Positions 1 through 10,394 are shown, numbered from the stretch's first letter. The stretch is DNA of 64,000 nt from Pedosphaera sp. (GCA_031414955.1 JANOQV010000105.1:32001-96000), one strand, 5' to 3'. A program made the numbers and translations. Notes: generated from the sequence alone by a model not told the origin.

Positions 1-210
1 CAGTTCACCGTGGTCGCTGATCCCCGCGCCAACAAGGTGCAGATCCGCCAGGCGGTGCAGGAGCTGTTCAAAGTCAAGGTCATCAAGGTCAACACTTTGA
101 ACGTGCGCGGCAAAGCCCGCCGCAAGCGCACCGCGCAAGCTGGTCAGACCAACGACTGGAAGAAAGCCATCGTCACCTTGAAAGAGGGCGACCGCATCGT
201 GCTGACCTAG
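1..210 (+). CDS. rplW: 50S ribosomal protein L23 (5' truncated by window edge)
   Basis: Translation ...ANKVQIRQAVQELFKVKVIKVNTLNVRGK...DWKKAIVTLKEG matches the L23 signature. Confidence 0.95.
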   Translation, partial: QFTVVADPRANKVQIRQAVQELFKVKVIKVNTLNVRGKARRKRTAQAGQTNDWKKAIVTLKEGDRIVLT

Positions 211-228
211 TCCAGGGAAAATTCATAC

Positions 229-262
229 GGCGCGGGGCAGAAATGCTTCGCGCCATTTTTTT
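229..262 (+). terminator. Rho-independent terminator after rplW
   Basis: GGCGCGGGGCA-GAAA-TGCTTCGCGCC hairpin followed by A and a T7 tract. Confidence 0.85.
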
Positions 263-779
263 GATTGTGAACTCCGATCATGGCCTGATTGGAACTTGTT
301 CCAAGCGGATGGCTGGCAGAGGTCTATGCGGACTGAGCAGACTCGCGACGATTGAAACCGCCAGCTTACGTTTAGCGAATCAGGGAGGAAGTTTGGATTT
401 CGATGGTAGGGCTATGCACTTGATTCCCATCACGGCGGAACGCGGAACTGTGGGCAGAAAGATTGATGGCGGAAAAATAAAACGCCCATGTTTTTGCCAT
501 CAATTTTTCTACCACCGCTTTCGGTTTGCATCCGGTGCCCGCTCCCACCGGGAAGGGGAATTAAGTGCATAGCCCAATTAGATGGATTCTGCTGATGCTC
601 ACGTTAGCGGAATCGCTCGTGGTGCCCGCGCAGCATTCAGTTCCACCGAACTGAGCAGCAAAATCACCCCGGCACTAGCCCCCCCCGCCGGGACCACGCC
701 AAGTTGGATGGCATCGGCGATGGCGGCAATTATTTCTGGAGGGAAGTGTTTGGCGGTGCATGAAGTCTACCCTGCCCTT

Positions 780-1247
780 TCAAATCACGAAATCGGCCGC
801 GCTGATGGGTTCCTGTTCCAGTTTACGGGCGCGCTCGCACATCTCCGCCACGGTTACGCGCTCCACCACTTTCACCACGGCGTCACGCGCTTCCTTCATC
901 ACGGAACGGATGGCGCAGCGACCTTCGTCGGGGCAGGAACATTTTTCGTAAAAGCGTTCGCTTACACAACTCACCGGCGCGAGCGCCCCTTCGACATGGC
1001 GGATGACTTCGGCCAGAGTGATCTTTTCCGGCGGCCGGCTCAGGCGATAGCCGCCCGCGACGCCGCGTTTGCTCTCGACTACACGCGCCGACTTGAGGTC
1101 GTTGAGAATCTGTTCGAGGAACCGCTTTGGGATATTCTGCTGCTCGGAGATTTCCTGGATGCGGACCACCGAGTCATCCTCCTGATAATCGCGCCCAAGG
1201 ACGAGCAGGGCGCGCAGGGCGTATTCGCCGCGAGTGGACAGCTTCAT
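780..1247 (-). CDS. Rrf2-family transcriptional regulator (CymR/IscR-like)
   Basis: MKLSTRGEYALRAL...FLEQILNDL...VESKRGVAGGY wHTH; C-terminal Cys cluster CVSERFYEKCSCPDEGRC; divergent from the sulfate operon. Confidence 0.93.
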   Translation of the reverse strand: MKLSTRGEYALRALLVLGRDYQEDDSVVRIQEISEQQNIPKRFLEQILNDLKSARVVESKRGVAGGYRLSRPPEKITLAEVIRHVEGALAPVSCVSERFYEKCSCPDEGRCAIRSVMKEARDAVVKVVERVTVAEMCERARKLEQEPISAADFVI

Positions 1248-1264
1248 TTGCGGCCAACCGTAGT

Positions 1265-1365
1265 AATCTACAGTTGTTCAATCAAGTTTTTGTTCCAGCG
1301 TGAGAATTTACCCATTTTCATTCAGGAAAACATTTTTTCCAAACACTATTGACTGAGTAGGGATT
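1265..1365. promoter_or_regulatory. Divergent promoter region with two oppositely oriented 25-bp putative Rrf2 operators
   Basis: 1341-1365 AAACACTATTGACTGAGTAGGGATT and the reverse complement of 1265-1289 AAACTTGATTGAACAACTGTAGATT share AAAC-N3-ATTGA...GATT; each contains a TTGA -35-like hexamer start. Confidence 0.5.
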
Positions 1366-1403
1366 AAATTAGTTATCGTCGCCAACAGAAGAAATTAAGC
1401 GAT

Positions 1404-1583
1404 ATGAGCGCACCAGTGAACGAAATTGAAATCTCGCCCGAATGGGTCGGGATTCTGGTCAAGCAGATCGAGTCGCTGCGCTTCGGCGTGGTGCAAATCA
1501 CGGTGCATGAATCGCGCGTGGTGCAGATCGAGAAGACCGAGAAAGTGCGCCTCGACCAAAGCGAGCGGAAGGAAGCGCGCTGA
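1404..1583 (+). CDS. Small DUF2292 (YezD/OscA-like) sulfur-starvation protein, 59 aa, absent from the ORF track
   Basis: MSAPVNEIEISPEWVGILVKQIESLRFGVVQITVHESRVVQIEKTEKVRLDQSERKEAR; LRFGxVQITVHxxRVVQIEKTEK motif; first gene of the sulfate operon. Confidence 0.88.
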   Translation: MSAPVNEIEISPEWVGILVKQIESLRFGVVQITVHESRVVQIEKTEKVRLDQSERKEAR

Positions 1584-1674
1584 GATTTTGCCTACCAGTC
1601 GAACTGGCGGCCAACGGACCAAGCAAAAGTGAACCGACCGAACCATCGGAGGAGAGCTGAAATGAAAGCAGAAA

Positions 1675-3114
1675 ATGAAATTAACTCGATGGATGGTGGT
1701 CGTGGCGCTGTTGAGCGCGCAGACCAGTTACGTGCTGGCTCAGGATCAAAGTGATGAACTGAAGCGGCTGAAACAACAATTGCAGGAACTGGATCAAAAA
1801 GTGCGAATTCTGGAACGCAGCAACGAACTCGAAGCCGAGGTGGCGGACGCGAAAGCAAAGACGCTGCCGACGGTGAGCCTCGGCGCGGGCGGGTTGATCG
1901 CCACGTCGGGTGACTCAAACTTCGTGATGAAGATTCGCGGCTACGTGCAGGCGGATTCGCGGACGTTCATCGGCGGCGAAGACATTAAAGGCAACGACAC
2001 GTTCGGGCTTCGCCGTGTGCGGCCAATCATCGAAGGCTCGGTCTGGAAGGATTTCGAGTATCGCCTCATGCTCGACTTCGGCACCGGCATCACGTCGGGC
2101 ACGGGTAACAATGCTTTTCTCCAGGACGGCTACGTCAACTTCCATCACTGGGACGAAGTGCAGCTTCAGGTGGGCAAGATGAAGGAGCCAGTGGGGCTGG
2201 AGCGGTTGCAGTCGGGCCGCAATCTCCTCTTCATCGAACGCAGTCTGCCGACGCAGCTCGTGCCAAACCGTGACGTGGGCGCGCAATTGCATGGCAAGCT
2301 CTGGGGCAACTTGCTGGCCTACCAGGTCGGCTACTTCAACGGCGTGGAGGATGGCGGCAGCGGCGACATCGAAGTGAGTGATGACGGCAAGGACGTGGCG
2401 GCTCGTTTGTTTGTGCAGCCGTTTGACCGGACGGGCCTTGACCCGCTGAAGAAGTTAGGACTCGGTGTTGCGGTCACACATGGCACGCACGTCGGCGCGT
2501 TGCGCAATTACGCGACCTCGGGACAACAGACCTGGTTTCGCTGGCGTACCGGCGCGGGCACGACAGCGGCTCCGAATGTGACGGCCGATGGGCCGACGGA
2601 TCGTTTCACGCCGCAGGCTTGGTACTACTGGGGACCTTTTGGCCTTTATGGCGAATATGTGATTACCTCGCATGAAGTAGCCCTCAAAGCCGGCGCAGCC
2701 CCGGGGCAGACGAGCCACGAGACATTCGACAACCGCGCCTGGCAGATTTCGGCCAGCTATTTCCTGACCGGCGAGGAGAATTCCTTCGGGGTGGTGACGC
2801 CGAAGCGTCCGTTTGGCTTTGGCCCGGGCAGCGGCTGGGGCGCATGGGAGATTGCCGCGCGAATTGGGCAGATCTCCGTCGATGACGCGGTGTTCCGGGA
2901 TCGCGATGCGGTGGCCGGGCCGGACTTTGCCACGGACAATTCCGCCCGTGAGGCCAAGGAGTGGGGCGTCGGACTGAACTGGCATCTGAACTCGAACATC
3001 AAGGCGAGCGCGAACTATCTGCACACGGACTTCAAAGGCGGCAGCCGGGCCAAAGGTGAAGTGACGGCGCAGGACGAGGAAGCTATTTTCGCCCGCGTGC
3101 AGTTCGTCTTTTAA
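1675..3114 (+). CDS. OprO/OprP-family anion-selective porin (probably sulfate)
   Basis: Signal peptide, coiled coil, LRRVRPIIEG, QVGKMKEPVGLERLQS, GAWEIAAR, C-terminal Phe (RVQFVF). Confidence 0.85.
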   Translation: MKLTRWMVVVALLSAQTSYVLAQDQSDELKRLKQQLQELDQKVRILERSNELEAEVADAKAKTLPTVSLGAGGLIATSGDSNFVMKIRGYVQADSRTFIGGEDIKGNDTFGLRRVRPIIEGSVWKDFEYRLMLDFGTGITSGTGNNAFLQDGYVNFHHWDEVQLQVGKMKEPVGLERLQSGRNLLFIERSLPTQLVPNRDVGAQLHGKLWGNLLAYQVGYFNGVEDGGSGDIEVSDDGKDVAARLFVQPFDRTGLDPLKKLGLGVAVTHGTHVGALRNYATSGQQTWFRWRTGAGTTAAPNVTADGPTDRFTPQAWYYWGPFGLYGEYVITSHEVALKAGAAPGQTSHETFDNRAWQISASYFLTGEENSFGVVTPKRPFGFGPGSGWGAWEIAARIGQISVDDAVFRDRDAVAGPDFATDNSAREAKEWGVGLNWHLNSNIKASANYLHTDFKGGSRAKGEVTAQDEEAIFARVQFVF

Positions 3115-3129
3115 CAAGCGGAGCAAACC

Positions 3130-4134
3130 ATGAAGAAGAAACTACTGACCATATTGGCGCTGTCCCTGGCTGGCGTGACCGTTTTCGCGGCGGCCAGGCC
3201 GGCCACGCTGCTCAATGTCTCGTATGATCCCACTCGCGAGTTGTATGTGGAATTCAACTCGGCCTTCGCCAAGCACTGGGAAGACAAGACCGGGCAGAAA
3301 GTTAAAATCAAGCAGGCGCATGACGGTTCGGGCAAACAAAGCCGCAAGGTCATCGACGGCCTGCCTGCCGATGTCGTGACGCTGGCGCTGGCCTACGACA
3401 TCGACGCCATCGCCGAGCGGAGCAAGCTGCTCCCCGCCGACTGGCAGAAGCGGCTGCCCCACAACAGCTCGCCCTACACTTCGACGATCGTTTTCGTGGT
3501 GCGAAAGGGAAATCCCAAGGGCATCAAAGACTGGGACGATCTTGTGAAGACCGGGGTGGCCGTGGTGACGCCCAACCCCAAGACCTCCGGCGGCGCCCGG
3601 TGGAATTATCTTGCGGCGTGGGCTTACGAATTGATCCGGACGAAGGATGAGACGAAGGCCCAGGAGTTTGTGGCCAGGATCTACAAGAACACCCCGGTGC
3701 TCGACATCGGAGCGCGCGGCTCGACCACGACGTTTGTCCAGCGCGGCATCGGAGACGTGTTCATCTCGTGGGAGAACGAAGCGTATCTCGCGGTCAAGGA
3801 ATACGGCGCGGCCAAACTCGAGATCGTCAACCCCTCCATCAGCATACTTGCCGAGCCGCCGGTCTCCGTGGTGGACAAGGCGGCGCGCAAGAATGGTAAC
3901 GAGGCCGTGGCCAGGGCCTATCTCGAATACCTTTACAGCGACGTGGGCCAGGAAATCGCGGCGAAGAATTTCTACCGTCCACGCAACGAGGCCATTGCAC
4001 TGAAGCACGCCGGCAAATTTCCGAGATTGAAGCTCGTCACCATTGATGAAGTGTTCGGCGGCTGGGCCAGGGCGCAGAAGACGCACTTCAGCGACGGCGG
4101 CACTTTTGATCAGATTTCGCGCGCCAACCGATGA
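3130..4134 (+). CDS. sbp: Sulfate/thiosulfate ABC transporter substrate-binding protein
   Basis: [38 protein letters not shown] motifs. Confidence 0.96.
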   Translation: MKKKLLTILALSLAGVTVFAAARPATLLNVSYDPTRELYVEFNSAFAKHWEDKTGQKVKIKQAHDGSGKQSRKVIDGLPADVVTLALAYDIDAIAERSKLLPADWQKRLPHNSSPYTSTIVFVVRKGNPKGIKDWDDLVKTGVAVVTPNPKTSGGARWNYLAAWAYELIRTKDETKAQEFVARIYKNTPVLDIGARGSTTTFVQRGIGDVFISWENEAYLAVKEYGAAKLEIVNPSISILAEPPVSVVDKAARKNGNEAVARAYLEYLYSDVGQEIAAKNFYRPRNEAIALKHAGKFPRLKLVTIDEVFGGWARAQKTHFSDGGTFDQISRANR

Positions 4135-4191
4135 ACCAGGCGGGCCAGGTTGCGCCGCGGCCGGGCCGGCCATTCAACACGACCACACGAC

Positions 4192-5015
4192 ATGAGAACC
4201 ATTGTTGAAGCTCCGACACCAGTCGCCCGGAAGCAGATTGTCGCCGACCAGCGTTCGGCGGAGAAACTCCTCGCACCCTTCGATGACCTGGCGGCCCGTC
4301 CGCCGAGCGTCGTGGCGAAGCCGCTGGTCGAGTTCGACAGCCGCGGCCGGAAATACACGGTGCCGCGTTACCTGTGGCTTGGCCCCAAAGGCGGCGGCGA
4401 CATCATCCGCATCGGCAGCTTCGCCACCATTCATGGGGATGAACCGGAAGGCGCGCTCGCGCGCTTCCTCGCTGCGCTGGAAAAGGCTCCTGAACTGGCC
4501 GAAGGCTACGCGTTGTTCATCTATCCCATCTGCAATCCCGCGGGGTTCGAGGACAACACGCGCCATTCGCACAGCGGCAAGGATTTGAACCGTGAGTTCT
4601 GGGCAGAATCGCCGGAACCGGAAGTGCGGGCACTCGAAACCGAAATCTGGACGCACGCATTTCACGGCATCATCACGCTGCACTCGGACGACACGAGCCA
4701 CGGCCTGGATGGCTTCGTGAATGGCGCGGTCCTCTCGGAGCATCTGCTCGAGCCGGCGCTTCAATCGGCGGAGACTTCCCTGCCGCGCAACCGGCGCCGC
4801 ACCATCGACGGCTTCCCCGCGCGGCGCGGGCTGATCTACTCCTGCTACGGCGGCGTGCTGAAGTCGCCGGCGGGCCTGAGCCAGCCGCCTGCGAGATTAC
4901 GCTGGAGACCCCGCAGGCCGCACCGCTGCACTTGCAGGTCGGGGCGTGCCAGGCCGCGTTGCAAACCATCCTCACCGAGTACCGTTACCTGATGGCGGTG
5001 GCGCAGAACATTTGA
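4192..5015 (+). pseudogene. M14-like zinc peptidase / succinylglutamate desuccinylase-aspartoacylase family, frameshifted near 4890
   Basis: IHGDEPEG, DLNREF and LHSD zinc motifs; a plausible C-terminus EITLETPQAAPLHLQV...AQNI-stop (5015) lies in another frame after ccgcctgcgag. Confidence 0.75.
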
Positions 5016-5181
5016 ACAAGATGAACGACCAACGAGGCGCTTCGGTCACACTCTGCCCGCAACGGGGAACGGGAGGCTCGTTCTGGCCTGCTGGGAACGT
5101 CGGCAATGGTCCGGCTCGCTCGTTGTTCTGCGGGAGAAAAAGTTTCTCTGTCCCACACGGTTCTGATTCGATAGCTCGCCC

Positions 5182-6006
5182 ATGCTGAACAGAAAATTCA
5201 ACGCGCTGCCCGGCTTCGGCCTCACCATGGGTTTCACGCTGTTCTATCTCAGCGTGATTGTGCTCATCCCGATGGCGGCGCTGCTCCTCAAGACCTTCCA
5301 GCTTTCGTGGGCGGACTTCTGGGGCGTGGTGACGACGGAGCGCGCGCTGGCCGCGTATCGCCTGACCTTTGGGGCGTCGCTCATCGCGGCGCTGATCAAC
5401 GCGGTGTTCGGCACCATCCTGGCCTGGGTGCTGGTGCGTTACCATTTTCCCGGCCGCAAATTCATCGATGCCCTGGTGGACTTCCCCTTCGCCCTGCCGA
5501 CGGCGGTGGCCGGATTAACCCTCGCCAGCCTTTTCGCCGGCAACGGCTGGCTTGGGCAATACCTCGTGCCGCTCGGCATCGAGGGTGCGTACACGCAACT
5601 GGGCATTGTCATTGCGCTCACTTTCGTCGGCATGCCGTTCTCGGTGCGCACGCTGCAGCCCGTGCTGGAGAATCTGGATCGCGGCCTGGAGGAAGCCGCC
5701 GCCACGCTCGGCGCGGGACGGATGCGCACCTTCCTGCAAGTGATTGGTCCGAGTCTCGCGCCGACCATCATCACGGGCTTCGCGCTGTCCTTCGCGCGGG
5801 CCGTCGGCGAATACGGCTCCATCGTCTTCATCTCCGGGAACATTCAGTACAAAACCCAGATTGCGCCCATGCTGATTTTTGAGCACCTGGAAAACTACGA
5901 TTACCTCAGCGCCACCGCCGTGGCCGCAGTCTTGATGGTCATCTCCTTCGTGATCCTCATCGTGGTCAACTACCTTGAGGCCTGGGCGGGACGCCTCACC
6001 AAATAA
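5182..6006 (+). CDS. cysT: Sulfate ABC transporter permease CysT/CysU
   Basis: LPGFGLTMG, DFPFALPTAVAG, EEAAATLGA (EAA motif). Confidence 0.95.
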   Translation: MLNRKFNALPGFGLTMGFTLFYLSVIVLIPMAALLLKTFQLSWADFWGVVTTERALAAYRLTFGASLIAALINAVFGTILAWVLVRYHFPGRKFIDALVDFPFALPTAVAGLTLASLFAGNGWLGQYLVPLGIEGAYTQLGIVIALTFVGMPFSVRTLQPVLENLDRGLEEAAATLGAGRMRTFLQVIGPSLAPTIITGFALSFARAVGEYGSIVFISGNIQYKTQIAPMLIFEHLENYDYLSATAVAAVLMVISFVILIVVNYLEAWAGRLTK

Positions 6007-6007
6007 C

Positions 6008-6922
6008 ATGGCTGGCTACGCAAAACGCGGAAAGGGAGCAACGAGCGCATCCAGGCGCGGCACGGAAGAATCGCCGTTCGTGAAGTGGCTGCTCATCGGC
6101 GTGGCGCTCACCTTCTCGCTCGTCTTCCTGTTGCTGCCGCTGGTGAACGTCTTTGCGCAAGCCTTCAGCAAAGGGCTGGGCGCGTATTTCCACGCGCTGG
6201 CCGATCCCGACTCGTGGGCGGCCATGAAGCTGACGCTCCTCGTCGCGGCCATCACCGTGCCGTGCAACGTCCTCTTTGGTTTCGCCTCGGCCTGGGCCAT
6301 CGCCAAGTTCGAGTTTCGCGGCAAGTCACTGCTCACCACGCTCATCGATCTGCCATTCTCCGTGTCACCCGTGGTGGCAGGTCTCATGTATGTGCTCCTG
6401 TTCGGCATGCAGGGCTACTTTGGCGAGTGGTTGAACGAGCGCGACTTCAGAATTATTTTTGCCCTGCCCGGCATCGTGCTCGTCACCATCTTCATCACCT
6501 TCCCGTTCGTCGCCCGCGAGTTGATCCCGGTCATGCAGGCCGCCGGCACCGCGCAGGAACAGGCCGCGCTCACCTTGGGCGCGGGCGGGTTCAGGACGTT
6601 CTGGCATGTCACCCTGCCCTCGGTGAAATGGGGGATGGTTTACGGCATCATCCTCTGCAACGCCCGGGCCATGGGCGAATTCGGCGCGGTCTCCGTGGTG
6701 AGCGGCAACATCGCCGGGATGAGTGAAACGATGCCGTTGCAGGTCGAGCGGCTTTACAAGGAATTCAACGCCGTGGGCGCTTTCGCCGTGGCCAGCCTGC
6801 TGGCGCTGCTCGCCCTCGTCACGCTGGGGATCAAGACCTGGCTCGAGTACCGCGCGCAAAAGGAAGAGGAAGCCGCGCAGCACGCCATCGACGTGCCGAC
6901 GACGAAAAGTCATTTTTCATGA
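6008..6922 (+). CDS. cysW: Sulfate ABC transporter permease CysW
   Basis: DLPFSVSPVVAGL, NARAMGEFGAVSVVSG. Confidence 0.95.
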   Translation: MAGYAKRGKGATSASRRGTEESPFVKWLLIGVALTFSLVFLLLPLVNVFAQAFSKGLGAYFHALADPDSWAAMKLTLLVAAITVPCNVLFGFASAWAIAKFEFRGKSLLTTLIDLPFSVSPVVAGLMYVLLFGMQGYFGEWLNERDFRIIFALPGIVLVTIFITFPFVARELIPVMQAAGTAQEQAALTLGAGGFRTFWHVTLPSVKWGMVYGIILCNARAMGEFGAVSVVSGNIAGMSETMPLQVERLYKEFNAVGAFAVASLLALLALVTLGIKTWLEYRAQKEEEAAQHAIDVPTTKSHFS

Positions 6923-8022
6923 GCATCGAAGTCAGAAACGTCAGCAAGCGCTTTGGCGGCGTCGCCGCCGTCAGCAACGTGAGTTTCTCGGTCAAGGACG
7001 GCGAGTTGATCGCCCTCCTCGGGCCGAGCGGCGGCGGCAAAACCACCGTGCTGCGCATGATCGCCGGGCTGGAACAGCCGACCGAGGGCGACATTTACAT
7101 TCGAGGCAAGCGCGTCAACGACGTGAAGGTGCAGAAGCGCAACATCGGTTTCGTGTTTCAGAACTACGCGCTCTTCGGCACCATGAACGTGTTCAAGAAC
7201 ATCGCCTTCGGCCTGAAGATCAAGAAATGGAAGCAGCCGGAGATCGAAGCGCGCGTGGCCGAGTTGCTGGAGCTGCTCGAGCTGAAGGGATATGAAAAGC
7301 GCCTGCCGCACCAACTCTCCGGTGGCCAGCGCCAGCGGGTGGCCATCGCCCGCGCGCTCGCGCCCAAACCGGATGTTCTGTTGCTTGATGAGCCGTTCGG
7401 CGCGGTGGACGCGAAGATCCGCCAGGAACTCCGCGAGTGGCTCGTGCATCTGCATCACGACCTGAACGTGACGACGCTCTTTGTCACTCACGATCAGGAG
7501 GAAGCGTTGGAGGTTTCCGACCGCATCGTCATCTTCTCCCAGGGCAACCTCGAACAGATCGGCACCCCGCGCGAAGTCTACGAGCAGCCGAACAACGAGT
7601 TCGTGGCCCGCTTCATCGGCGTGATGAACGTGATCGAGTGCGAGGTGCGAGGCGGCGTGGCACGGCTCAACGAACTGGAGTTCCCCTCGCACGGCGTGGC
7701 CGACGGGCAGAAGCTGCGCCTCGGGTTCCGGCCCTATTCCGTGCAGGTTTCCACGGACCTGACGGCGCATCGCTACCAGGGCGTGCTGCGCCGCACCTAT
7801 TTTCTCGGCATCCTGCTCCGCATCGAGGTGGAACTGCCCAGCGGCCTGCTCGTGCGCTCGCGCCTGACCAAGGAGGAATATGCACGATTCGGCCTGCGCG
7901 ACGGCGTCCCCGTCTCGTTCCAAATCCGTCAGTACCGAGTGCTGGGCACGGACGCGGACTCTCTCACCTCGGAAGTTTCGGTCACGCACGACATGCCCAC
8001 CAGCCTGGGCGAGGGCATTTGA
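6919..8022 (+). CDS. cysA: Sulfate ABC transporter ATP-binding protein CysA
   Basis: Walker A GPSGGGKT, LSGGQRQR, LLLDEPF, C-terminal TOBE-like region; ATGA overlap with cysW. Confidence 0.95.
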   Translation: MSIEVRNVSKRFGGVAAVSNVSFSVKDGELIALLGPSGGGKTTVLRMIAGLEQPTEGDIYIRGKRVNDVKVQKRNIGFVFQNYALFGTMNVFKNIAFGLKIKKWKQPEIEARVAELLELLELKGYEKRLPHQLSGGQRQRVAIARALAPKPDVLLLDEPFGAVDAKIRQELREWLVHLHHDLNVTTLFVTHDQEEALEVSDRIVIFSQGNLEQIGTPREVYEQPNNEFVARFIGVMNVIECEVRGGVARLNELEFPSHGVADGQKLRLGFRPYSVQVSTDLTAHRYQGVLRRTYFLGILLRIEVELPSGLLVRSRLTKEEYARFGLRDGVPVSFQIRQYRVLGTDADSLTSEVSVTHDMPTSLGEGI

Positions 8023-8196
8023 AGCGGCCAGGCCCAGACGCCTGGGCCAAAGGGACTGGAGCGCCCGCATGATGAGGATCACAGGATCCAGATCCATCTC
8101 TCCTGCCCCAGCCTGGCCGCTTTCCCATCGTTTGAACTTTTTCTAAACAAACCGCCCGGTTGCTCCGTCCATTCCCGGCAACAAACAACTCGGCTT

Positions 8197-9531
8197 ATGA
8201 CAAACACTGGACCATTTGTTTCGACCCGCCGGGCCATGTCGCGCCGCACCTTCCTGCGCGGCGCTGGTATCGCCCTCTCGCTGCCACTGCTCGACTCGAT
8301 GGTGCCGGCCTTTGCGGCTGTCACCCGGAAGTCCGCCACCGCCAGGCCCGGCGGCACGCCGCGCCGCGTGCTGGGCATTTGCAACAATCTTGGCCTGTTG
8401 CCCGACAACTTTTTCCCCAAGCAGGACGGGCGCGACTATCCGCTCTCGCCTTACCTGGAGGTGCTCAAGGATCATCGCCAGGACTTCACCGTCTTCAGCG
8501 GAGTGTCACATCCCGAGGTCGATGGCGGGCATCCCGCCGATAATTGCTTTCTCACCGCGGCGCCCCATCCGGGCAGCGCGGGGTTCAAGAACACCATCTC
8601 GCTCGACCAGTACATCAGCGAACGCCTCGGGCACCTGACGCGCTTTCCGTCCCTCACGCTCGGAGTCAATGTGCAGCAGGGATCGCGCAGTCTGTCCTGG
8701 ACCGGATCGGGCGTGCTGATTCCCTGCGAGGAAAAGGCGGCGGATGTTTTCGCCCGGATGTTTTTGCAGGGCACCAGAGCGGAGACGGAGGCGCAGGTGC
8801 GCAAGCTGGAGACGGGGCAAAGCATTCTCGATGCGGTGGCCGGACAGGCGAAGGATTTGCAGCGCCACGCCGGAGCGCGTGACCGCGACCGCCTTGATCA
8901 ATACTTCACCAGCGTCCGCGATCTGGAGCAGCGGCTGAAGATGTCGCGCGAATGGGAACGGCAGCCCAAGCCGAAGACGACCGCCTCCGTCCCGCTCGAT
9001 CCGGCCAGCCCCAAGGCCTACATGGAAAAGGTCAAACTGATGTACGACATGGCCCGCCTGGCCTTCGAGACGGATTCCACCCGCGCCATCTCGCTCCTGC
9101 TCGACAGCGTGAACTCACCCGCCATCGACGTGGACGACGTGAAGATCACCGACGGCTATCACAACCTCTCGCACCACGGACGATCGAAGGAGAAACTGGC
9201 GCAGTTGAAAGCCATCGACGAATGGCACATGAAGCTGCTGGCGAACCTGTTCACCGAGCTCAAAGCCGTGCGCGAGGACGGCTCCACCCTGCTCGACCAG
9301 ACCATGATTCTCTACGGCTCGAACCTCGGCAACGCCAACACCCATGTGACCACAAATCTGCCGACGCTCTTTGCCGGCGGCGGCTTCCGGCATGGCCAGC
9401 ATCTGGCCTTCGACACGGAGCGGAATTACCCGCTGCCCAACCTCTTCGTCTCCATGCTGCAACGCTTGGGATTGGAGACGGAGAAATTTGCCTCGGCCAC
9501 GGGCACGATGCGCGGACTGGAGCTGGCCTAA
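8197..9531 (+). CDS. DUF1552 domain-containing protein (Tat-like N-terminus)
   Basis: [56 protein letters not shown]. Confidence 0.85.
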   Translation: MTNTGPFVSTRRAMSRRTFLRGAGIALSLPLLDSMVPAFAAVTRKSATARPGGTPRRVLGICNNLGLLPDNFFPKQDGRDYPLSPYLEVLKDHRQDFTVFSGVSHPEVDGGHPADNCFLTAAPHPGSAGFKNTISLDQYISERLGHLTRFPSLTLGVNVQQGSRSLSWTGSGVLIPCEEKAADVFARMFLQGTRAETEAQVRKLETGQSILDAVAGQAKDLQRHAGARDRDRLDQYFTSVRDLEQRLKMSREWERQPKPKTTASVPLDPASPKAYMEKVKLMYDMARLAFETDSTRAISLLLDSVNSPAIDVDDVKITDGYHNLSHHGRSKEKLAQLKAIDEWHMKLLANLFTELKAVREDGSTLLDQTMILYGSNLGNANTHVTTNLPTLFAGGGFRHGQHLAFDTERNYPLPNLFVSMLQRLGLETEKFASATGTMRGLELA

Positions 9532-9540
9532 GTTGCGCGA

Positions 9541-10038
9541 CTAGAAGACCACTTGGCCGAGAATTTGGTCGAGGCGGACTTTGACCAGCACCGAGACCGC
9601 GCGGTTGTCACCCATCACGTAATAGGTCTCGAATCCCAGCACCACGGCCTCAATTGGCCAGGGAACTTGCGTCTCGACATACTTCTCCTCCAGGCGCGCG
9701 CCATTGATGTGGACGAGGCCGTTGGTGAAGCTGATTTCCTCGCCGGGCAGCCCGATGATGCGCTTGATGTAGATATTCTCGCTCGACACCTGCACCCCTA
9801 CCACGTCGCCGCGCTGCGGGGGATCGGCACGGTAGGCGAACTTATTGATGAAATGGCGTTCACCGGCGTGGTAGTTCGGCTCCATGCTGTCGCCGAGTAT
9901 GCTCACCGGCCACAGCACCCAGCGGAGGATCGCGTAAATCACGAAGGCGACCAGCATGGCGGTGAAGAGCACCTTGAAGCGGAGCACTCCGAGCCGGCCC
10001 GCCTTTTCGCCGGGGATGATGAATTTCGTCCAGTCCAC
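9541..10038 (-). CDS. lepB: Signal peptidase I (start uncertain; GTG at 10038 chosen)
   Basis: Single TM helix then GDSMEP (Ser), YIKRIIGLPGE (Lys), YVMGDNR. Confidence 0.88.
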   Translation of the reverse strand: MDWTKFIIPGEKAGRLGVLRFKVLFTAMLVAFVIYAILRWVLWPVSILGDSMEPNYHAGERHFINKFAYRADPPQRGDVVGVQVSSENIYIKRIIGLPGEEISFTNGLVHINGARLEEKYVETQVPWPIEAVVLGFETYYVMGDNRAVSVLVKVRLDQILGQVVF

Positions 10039-10394
10039 AAATTCAATTGTCTGCCCTGGACAGTCATCGGCGGTACGACGGCGGCACTGAATCCGATCGT
10101 TGAAATGGAGTTGTGCCTGGACACAACTCAACGCGCCTGGAGGCCGACGGGAAGGAACGGCTCTGAGTTGGAACGTCCGCAGTTGGGTCCGGCAGAAACC
10201 GTTCCAGCCGCGGCTGAGTTCATCCATGATTCTCTGTCTCCAGCGGTGGCTCTCCCCTTCCGACCTCTAGCCTTGGACTGAACTACACCCTACCTTCCCT
10301 CCTGCGCTTGCGACGGGCGCGTTCCCACTCACGCGCTGGTCCTCGCCCCCTGCACAGTGGTTGCCATGGGGCCGATCAAACGCTTCACTGGCTC

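Noticed and set aside
582..1352. 256-aa plus-strand ORF
   Set aside because: Antisense shadow of the Rrf2 gene with no recognisable motifs
4880..4900. Programmed ribosomal frameshift
   Set aside because: No slippery heptamer; single-base loss by decay or assembly error is simpler, and similar indels occur near 38670 and 54350
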